IMG/VR virus record: IMGVR_UViG_2671180676_000004
Span: 2,122-66,121 of that record
Length of the DNA stretch: 64,000 nucleotides
DNA from: a virus
Taxonomy: Duplodnaviria > Heunggongvirae > Uroviricota > Caudoviricetes
Reading direction: 5' to 3' (one strand)
In this document: positions 58,383-64,000 of the stretch, piece after piece
How positions within the stretch are numbered: position 1 is the first letter of the stretch
How the letters are laid out: the number at the start of each line of letters is the position of its first letter
Notes under the pieces: generated by a model
What the model was told of the DNA's origin: nothing
The model's input: only the letters and a program-made list of their open reading frames with translations
Database searches by the model: none
Made by a program: the position numbers and the translations under genes

Positions 58383-59051
58383 ATGACCAAGATCTTTGTG
58401 GTTGGCGGCACAAAGGGCGGGCCTGGCAAATCCACCGTTGCCCAGCAAATTGCCGTTTGCCTGAAAGTCAAAAAGAAGAAGAAGGTTTATATTACCGATA
58501 TAGATATTCAGCGCACGACAACGAGCTGGTGTGAAGACCGTCGACAGAACGAAGACCTTGAGCTGATTCCTTTTGCATACGTTCAGGATGACATCATTAA
58601 GCACCTAAAATCGCTTCAGGGTAGAGCTGAGTTTGTAGTGGTAGATGCTGGTGGCTTCGACTCCGAAATTCAGCGACAAGCGATGCTGATGGCTGACGTT
58701 ATCATTATCCCGCTGCGTCCTAAGCGTCGTGATTTGAAATCTTTACGTGACATCGATCCTATTATCGACAATGTTCGCAATGTAAACGATAAAGTGAAGG
58801 TCCGCGCGGTCATGAACCAGTGCCCGGCTTTGCCATCACAAGTGTCTCGCATTCTGGCGGCTAAAGAGATTGTCGAGACGTTTGGCATCGAGTCTGCGCC
58901 AGTCAATCTATATAACCGCAACGTCTACGATGATGCGGAAGAGTCTGGTCGTTCTATCTTCGAAATGACCGGTAGCGAGCGCGACAAAAAGGCGGAAGCC
59001 GAGTTTGAAGAATTTGTAGATTATCTGTTGAGTCTGGAGGAAGAAGAATAA
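58383..59051 (+). CDS. parA: ParA-family partition ATPase (small, type Ib)
   Basis: 222 aa; deviant Walker A GGTKGGPGKST; palindrome 58334-58348 upstream. Confidence 0.8.
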   Translation: MTKIFVVGGTKGGPGKSTVAQQIAVCLKVKKKKKVYITDIDIQRTTTSWCEDRRQNEDLELIPFAYVQDDIIKHLKSLQGRAEFVVVDAGGFDSEIQRQAMLMADVIIIPLRPKRRDLKSLRDIDPIIDNVRNVNDKVKVRAVMNQCPALPSQVSRILAAKEIVETFGIESAPVNLYNRNVYDDAEESGRSIFEMTGSERDKKAEAEFEEFVDYLLSLEEEE

Positions 59052-59410
59052 TGTCCATGAAAATGGGTGACCTAGCAAAGCGCAAAGAGCCTGATGCACC
59101 GGCTAAGAACACAACTCCTTTGCGCCAACCAGTCAGACCACAAGGACGCCCGACTCGTGGCAAAGAGAAAATTAAAAGCCGCACCATGTCACTGGAAGAC
59201 GAATACTTCGAGCTTCTGGAAATGATGAAGTTTATCCCTCGTTTCGAGAAGTTCACCCGCTCTGATGTGATTCGTGCTGCTATTTTCCATCTGGCAGAGA
59301 AGTCGCCGCAGGAAATCGAGGATATCGTGAAACTTAACGAGGCGATCACTGCTGCCGACGTCACGATGCGTACCGATGAAATCAAACGCGAGTTGATGAA
59401 GAAAGGTTAA
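59051..59410 (+). CDS. small partition partner protein (ParG/RHH-like, tentative)
   Basis: 119 aa, basic disordered N-terminus, start overlaps parA stop; terminator 59418-59442 downstream. Confidence 0.45.
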   Translation: MSMKMGDLAKRKEPDAPAKNTTPLRQPVRPQGRPTRGKEKIKSRTMSLEDEYFELLEMMKFIPRFEKFTRSDVIRAAIFHLAEKSPQEIEDIVKLNEAITAADVTMRTDEIKRELMKKG

Positions 59411-59417
59411 TTTTATT

Positions 59418-59442
59418 GAGGTGCTGCTTGGCACCTCTTTCT
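59418..59442 (+). terminator. intrinsic terminator after partition operon
   Basis: GAGGTGC-tgcttg-GCACCTC followed by TTTCT. Confidence 0.5.
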
Positions 59443-59454
59443 ATAGGTTCCCTA

Positions 59455-60174
59455 ATGCTCTACAAATATATTGGAAGTGAAGATTCGCAAAAAGTGTTAC
59501 GTAACCTCAAACGGTTTGTAGAGGACGGCACTATCTCTGCTAGCGCACCTTCTTCATTCAACGACCCATCAGAGTTCAAAGTTTCGATAACGATGGGAGG
59601 TACAGAAGTGGAGCGCCGGAAACACTTTGAAGACAATGGATGTAAGGATTTTTCCTTTGAAGACTGGGATGCTGTAGCTCCTGAAGCTGCAAAATCGTTG
59701 GCTGTGGATTTGCGGAAAGAATCATTAGGGGCTTTTGGTGTGGTGTGCTTGTCACCAAACGAAGATAACATCTTGATGTGGTCACATTACTCAGTGTCGC
59801 ATAAAGGTTTCTGCATAGGCTTTGATGATGATTTTGTTACCTCTATTGAGGGGTATCACAGCTTTGATAATGTGAAATATATACCTTCTGTTCCCGTGTT
59901 CGATGAAGTTACAGATGAGTTTAAGGTACTTTTTGATAAGCTCTTTTTCTACAAGCACGAATGCTGGAAATATGAGGAAGAACAAAGGGTTATTACTAAA
60001 AAAATAGGCGCTCAGGCATTTGATAAGAAATATATTAGAGAGATCATTCTTGGACATAACGTTTCTCCTGAAGTAGAAGAATATGCCCGGACACAGCTAG
60101 ACACGAGCATCGAGGTTTACAAAATGAGTACACCTGATGATGGTTATCTTCTTGTCAAAGAAAAGCTGAAGTAG
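59455..60174 (+). CDS. hypothetical protein (low-GC cargo gene 1)
   Basis: ATG 59455 after terminator hairpin; motifs FNDPSEF and MWSHYSVSHKGFCIGF; family not confidently recognised (possibly DUF2971-like). Confidence 0.4.
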   Translation: MLYKYIGSEDSQKVLRNLKRFVEDGTISASAPSSFNDPSEFKVSITMGGTEVERRKHFEDNGCKDFSFEDWDAVAPEAAKSLAVDLRKESLGAFGVVCLSPNEDNILMWSHYSVSHKGFCIGFDDDFVTSIEGYHSFDNVKYIPSVPVFDEVTDEFKVLFDKLFFYKHECWKYEEEQRVITKKIGAQAFDKKYIREIILGHNVSPEVEEYARTQLDTSIEVYKMSTPDDGYLLVKEKLK

Positions 60175-60240
60175 CTCCAGACTTTCCTCAAATGATTATG
60201 TTGGGCGCTTTTCTTATTGAACTGGTTAGTGAGGCTAATA

Positions 60241-61413
60241 ATGGATTTGTTCTCAACCAAAATAGCAAAAAACAAGCTGCACGAATCTTTTAAACAGATT
60301 TATCAAGATAATACATATGCTCCAGTAAGAGAAGTGATACAGTCGTGGGGGCGTGGGTTACTGGAGCGTAGCGGTGAGCAGACTAAATTCGTTAAAGAGT
60401 TTCAGACAACCTTCAATTCCGCCTTATGGGAATTGTATCTGAACGAAATGTTTATTCGTCTCGATTATTCTGTCGACTACACAAAAGACAGTCCCGATTT
60501 CTGTGTTACTACACCGTCAGGCTACCAGTTTAACGTCGAAGCTGTGATATCAGATCGGCCACATAATCCACCTGCAGGTGCTCTTTTTAGCGAATTAAAA
60601 TTCAAACATCAATCAACGCTAAAATTAATCGGAAAAATCAAAGACAAACATGATCTTTTTACAGGAGTTAATGGCAAAAAATTCCCGTACTCTACGATGT
60701 CTCATGTAGTTAATAAGCCGTTTGTTCTGGCGCTTGCACCCTTTGACTCCGATTTATCATTGTCTCAAAATAACACAATCATCAATCGAGTGTTGTTTGG
60801 CATTGAGGAACCTACCACCAGAAATTTGGTGACTGGCAGCCAAACTAAAGTTACCTCAATCAAAAAGAATGAAGACGTTGAAATTCCATTAGGTATATTT
60901 ACTAACGACTCATATAAAGAAATAAGTGCGGTTATTTTCTCCACCACCGGCACTTTTGGAAAAGCCGTGGTTCAAAGCGGTATCGGTAGATATGTAAGGT
61001 CAACACGATATCGAGCCATTGATGTGAATGATTTCATCGCCAATGAAGGGATGAAAAACGAGGGAAAGCACACACAAAGGATAGGACCTGATCATTTCAT
61101 CACTACATATCGGCATTTTTTAAATAACGAAGTCACTGGTGCGGATATTGTAGTTTGTCATTCCACTGCTCATGAAGAGACGCACTTTGACGGCCTTCAT
61201 ATTTACTACAATCCTTTTGCGACAGTGCCACTGGACAGAAATATTTTCTTCCCCCCAGAGATAACTCATAATTTTTACGATATGGAAAAAGAACAGTCTG
61301 TTCAGAATCATCCTGATGGAGCGCTGGTATCTAGACAGGTTTTTGAACCAACTAGAGCACATTTTAGGTATATCATGAAACATTGGTTTCCAGGCTTTCT
61401 AAAAGATGTTTAA
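60241..61413 (+). CDS. hypothetical protein (low-GC cargo gene 2)
   Basis: ATG 60241 with GAGG upstream; 390 aa; followed by long hairpin 61439-61492 plus T-run. Confidence 0.4.
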   Translation: MDLFSTKIAKNKLHESFKQIYQDNTYAPVREVIQSWGRGLLERSGEQTKFVKEFQTTFNSALWELYLNEMFIRLDYSVDYTKDSPDFCVTTPSGYQFNVEAVISDRPHNPPAGALFSELKFKHQSTLKLIGKIKDKHDLFTGVNGKKFPYSTMSHVVNKPFVLALAPFDSDLSLSQNNTIINRVLFGIEEPTTRNLVTGSQTKVTSIKKNEDVEIPLGIFTNDSYKEISAVIFSTTGTFGKAVVQSGIGRYVRSTRYRAIDVNDFIANEGMKNEGKHTQRIGPDHFITTYRHFLNNEVTGADIVVCHSTAHEETHFDGLHIYYNPFATVPLDRNIFFPPEITHNFYDMEKEQSVQNHPDGALVSRQVFEPTRAHFRYIMKHWFPGFLKDV

Positions 61414-61438
61414 GCATCCTGCTGGTTGAATTTGGAAC

Positions 61439-61492
61439 CTGCTTCTGTATATAAATACTAAGTTACTTATTATTATTTATACGGAAGCAGGT
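61439..61492. repeat. long hairpin element, copy 2 (same arms as 28782-28836)
   Basis: CCTGCTTCTGTATATA ... TATACGGAAGCAGG with centre TAAGTTACTTA, followed by TCTTTTTCT. Confidence 0.6.
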
Positions 61493-61601
61493 CTTTTTCT
61501 ATGCCAACTTCCCAGACACATTCCCTTCCGTTTCCACTTCCAAAAACTGCCACCAGTCGCTATCATCCGCTCATTGCAATAAGTAAGTAACTACCTATCT
61601 G

Positions 61602-62351
61602 GTGAGCCACATGAGCCAAATCTTTTTTGATACCATTGACAACGACCAGTACGACTTCATGACAGAGTGGAATACCGCTGTTATGGACAAGTGGGTCGCT
61701 GAAAACATTGGTTTGTCGCGCTGCAAAGACGAGGCTGAACTCTTCGAGACGAAGTGGTTTGATTACCGCGATATGCATCCTCTCATGGCCACCTGTCTGT
61801 TTACGGAGGCGTACAAACGTCAGTACTCAAATATCATGCTGACGCACGGTCGCGAACACTTTGAAACAGCTCCGTTCACCACCGGGTTAAAACGCCTGCC
61901 TTATCAGGAGTTGTCGACTGCCAATAAAACGTCGCTATGGAAAGCACGCCAGTTTGCTGATCGCTATTGCTGTTCATACGACTACTTTATCTCCACGGTT
62001 CTTTCCGCAGCTGCACGGCGTCTGTGGGACAAGTTGCCGCGCCCACAGCATTTATGGCAGCCAGAACTGATTGAGATATTCGAAGAGAAATTATCCAGAC
62101 GCGCAACAACCCGTCTGGATGACTCTCTGGTTAGCTTTAAGCATATGGGAGACATGCAGTTCAACCCGATTCAGGAAAGCTATTTTGAGTGGATTCTGGA
62201 GCGTTTGCGCATCATCCCCCGCAGCAAGCGCATACGCGCAATTTTCTCTGCTATCTGGCTAATGGAAATCGTTCCAGAGCGCCTTATTTCCGCCCACTTT
62301 CCAGAAGAACTGGAAGAAGCACGGCGGTTTATTGATCCCCTATCTAATTAA
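61602..62351 (+). CDS. hypothetical protein (replication-region)
   Basis: 249 aa directly upstream of DnaB-like helicase. Confidence 0.4.
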   Translation: MSHMSQIFFDTIDNDQYDFMTEWNTAVMDKWVAENIGLSRCKDEAELFETKWFDYRDMHPLMATCLFTEAYKRQYSNIMLTHGREHFETAPFTTGLKRLPYQELSTANKTSLWKARQFADRYCCSYDYFISTVLSAAARRLWDKLPRPQHLWQPELIEIFEEKLSRRATTRLDDSLVSFKHMGDMQFNPIQESYFEWILERLRIIPRSKRIRAIFSAIWLMEIVPERLISAHFPEELEEARRFIDPLSN

Positions 62352-62361
62352 CTAATACTAG

Positions 62362-62376
62362 AAAACAATTTGTTTA
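62362..62376. promoter_or_regulatory. palindromic operator-like site
   Basis: AAAACAA-T-TTGTTTA; the surrounding 40 bp is near-identical to the region upstream of ATG 540. Confidence 0.5.
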
Positions 62377-62394
62377 AAAAACAAAGGAAAGCAC

Positions 62395-63735
62395 ATGACC
62401 GAACTTTGCCATACAGGACGCGGGCTGTCCGAAGAGTTTGATGAAGATTTCCAGAACAGACTGACGGCATATTTTTGTCGTGATCACGAGTTTCTTACTC
62501 GTGCGGGAGATCTGGTTGTGCCTAGCCAATTTGCCAATGCGGCCAATGCCATATTGGTTAATATGGTTTCGGGCTATTACCGTATGTACAAGAGCGCGCC
62601 TTCTTCATCTGCGATTCTGGATATGCTTAAGCGCGCGAAACGCGATAAGACCATCCGTGAGGAACTCTTCCCGGATGTTGTTGCTGCGTTTAAGCGCATC
62701 CTTGCAGAAAAATTGTCTGATACCTCGTACATGGTTGACCAGGTATCCACATTCGCAAAAAGTGTAGCGTTTGATGATGCTCTGATTAAAGCTGCTGAAC
62801 TGAAAGAGAAGGGCGACTTTCAGGGGGCGATGGCAATCATGGCCAAGGTTCAGCAGATAGGCTCGAACGAAGCGACCGGAATCTATGACTACTACACCTC
62901 CGCAAGTGAGCGATTGAAAGCGCGTGAATATGAGGCTTCAGAGGAGTATGTGCCAAACAGCATTACAACTGGACTCCCTCTGCTCGATAGGTTGCTGTAC
63001 CAAAAAGGCTGGGCGAAGCGTGAAATGGTGCTCTTCATGGGGTTCGCTAAATCCGGCAAATCGACCGCAATGGGTGAGTTTTCCATAAACGCAACGCTTG
63101 CTGGCTACAATGTTCTGTATCTCTCGCTGGAGGTTCACACCACCATTTTATCCGACCGTTTTGATGCAAGATTGTCGGAGACAGAAATGTCCAAGCTGGT
63201 GGAACGGCGCGATGAGGTTCATCGTAAGTTGGCAGAGTTGGGAGCCACGAAGGGGATTGGTAGTTTGTGGGTGGTTGAGCGTCCGTCAGGAAGTATGTCA
63301 CCGGCAGATCTGGACCGTATGCTTAACAGCATGAAAGCCAACGGCATGGTGCCTGACATGGTTGTTGTCGACTACGCAGATTTGATGCGTGCCAGTTATG
63401 ACCTTCGTGATGATCGCGCCAACATTCGTAGTATCTACACCGATTTACGTGCTCTTTATGACAAGCATAACGTTGCTGGGATCACGGCATCGCAGACAAA
63501 CCGTGAAGGTGGCGCGTCAGAAGTTGCCACAATGATGCACGCTGCCGACAACATCGAAAAAGTACGTATTGCTGACCTGGTAATAACGATCAACAAAACC
63601 GAAGAAGAAGAAGCGAAAGGAGAGGCTCGTCTCTACTTTGCTGGTTCACGTAACCAGCAGGGAGGGATCAGCATTCGCGTTAAACAAAACCTCGAACAAA
63701 TGCGCTTCATTGAGCGAATCTTAGACGTTACCTAA
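62395..63735 (+). CDS. DnaB-like replicative helicase
   Basis: 446 aa; Walker A GFAKSGKST, Walker B VVVDYADLM; palindrome 62362-62376 and AGGAAAGCAC before ATG; terminator 63742-63764 downstream. Confidence 0.6.
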   Translation: MTELCHTGRGLSEEFDEDFQNRLTAYFCRDHEFLTRAGDLVVPSQFANAANAILVNMVSGYYRMYKSAPSSSAILDMLKRAKRDKTIREELFPDVVAAFKRILAEKLSDTSYMVDQVSTFAKSVAFDDALIKAAELKEKGDFQGAMAIMAKVQQIGSNEATGIYDYYTSASERLKAREYEASEEYVPNSITTGLPLLDRLLYQKGWAKREMVLFMGFAKSGKSTAMGEFSINATLAGYNVLYLSLEVHTTILSDRFDARLSETEMSKLVERRDEVHRKLAELGATKGIGSLWVVERPSGSMSPADLDRMLNSMKANGMVPDMVVVDYADLMRASYDLRDDRANIRSIYTDLRALYDKHNVAGITASQTNREGGASEVATMMHAADNIEKVRIADLVITINKTEEEEAKGEARLYFAGSRNQQGGISIRVKQNLEQMRFIERILDVT

Positions 63736-63741
63736 AAAATA

Positions 63742-63764
63742 AGCGTGGAGAACGCCTCCACGCT
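63742..63764 (+). terminator. terminator-like hairpin after DnaB-like gene
   Basis: AGCGTGGAG-aacg-CCTCCACGCT. Confidence 0.45.
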
Positions 63765-64000
63765 TGATTCATTGGTGAAACAACTTTTCTTTTGCCAAAC
63801 CACAAAAGAAAACACATGAGCCTTTATGTTATATCAACATTTAGGTTGGTCACAATATTGCCTGTTAAAAGTGGAATTATCGTGAGCGAGCTGAAAGAGC
63901 TAATTACCGAATTAGATTTTGAACAATGGTTGGACACTGAAGGTATCATTTATCGGCGCGGAGGCGTGAGTGCTCGCGGTTGTCACGAACGGTGCAATAG

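Noticed and set aside
1-64000. tRNA, rRNA or tmRNA genes
   Set aside because: Visual scanning found no cloverleaf-type conserved T-loop (GGTTCGAATCC-like) or rRNA-like segments; a tRNAscan-SE or Infernal run would be needed to exclude them formally.

Overview
About 64 kb of Escherichia-type enterobacterial DNA, read from sequence alone (no database search was possible). Left part: small accessory genes (1-3.4 kb), a complete type IC restriction-modification locus hsdM-hsdS-hsdR on the minus strand (3.4-9.5 kb), an orphan UmuD'-like peptidase gene, and the core genes apbC and metG (11.4-14.7 kb). From about 14.7 kb to the window end lies a siphovirus-like element: an early region of small genes with iteron-like repeat arrays, an SF2 helicase, a ParB-like/ParB-like/ABC-ATPase/GNAT operon, a complete lambda-like morphogenesis module (terminase, portal, capsid, tape measure, gpM/L/K/I/J-like tail tip, side tail fibre), a lysis cassette, then plasmid-type maintenance genes (GNAT toxin with DUF1778-type antitoxin, ParA with a small partner), a low-GC two-gene cargo cassette and a DnaB-like helicase. 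No integrase, tRNA, rRNA or CRISPR array was recognised. Two dispersed palindromic motif families tie the element together: AAAACAA-N-TTGTTTT upstream of about a dozen operons (including two left of the hsd locus), and a TAAGTA-centred palindrome in the intergenic gaps of the late genes. The best candidates for an undescribed system are the ParB-like/ABC-ATPase/GNAT operon (25584-28757), the low-GC pair at 59455-61413 and the low-GC cassette at 20893-22045; all functional calls on unknown proteins are tentative.
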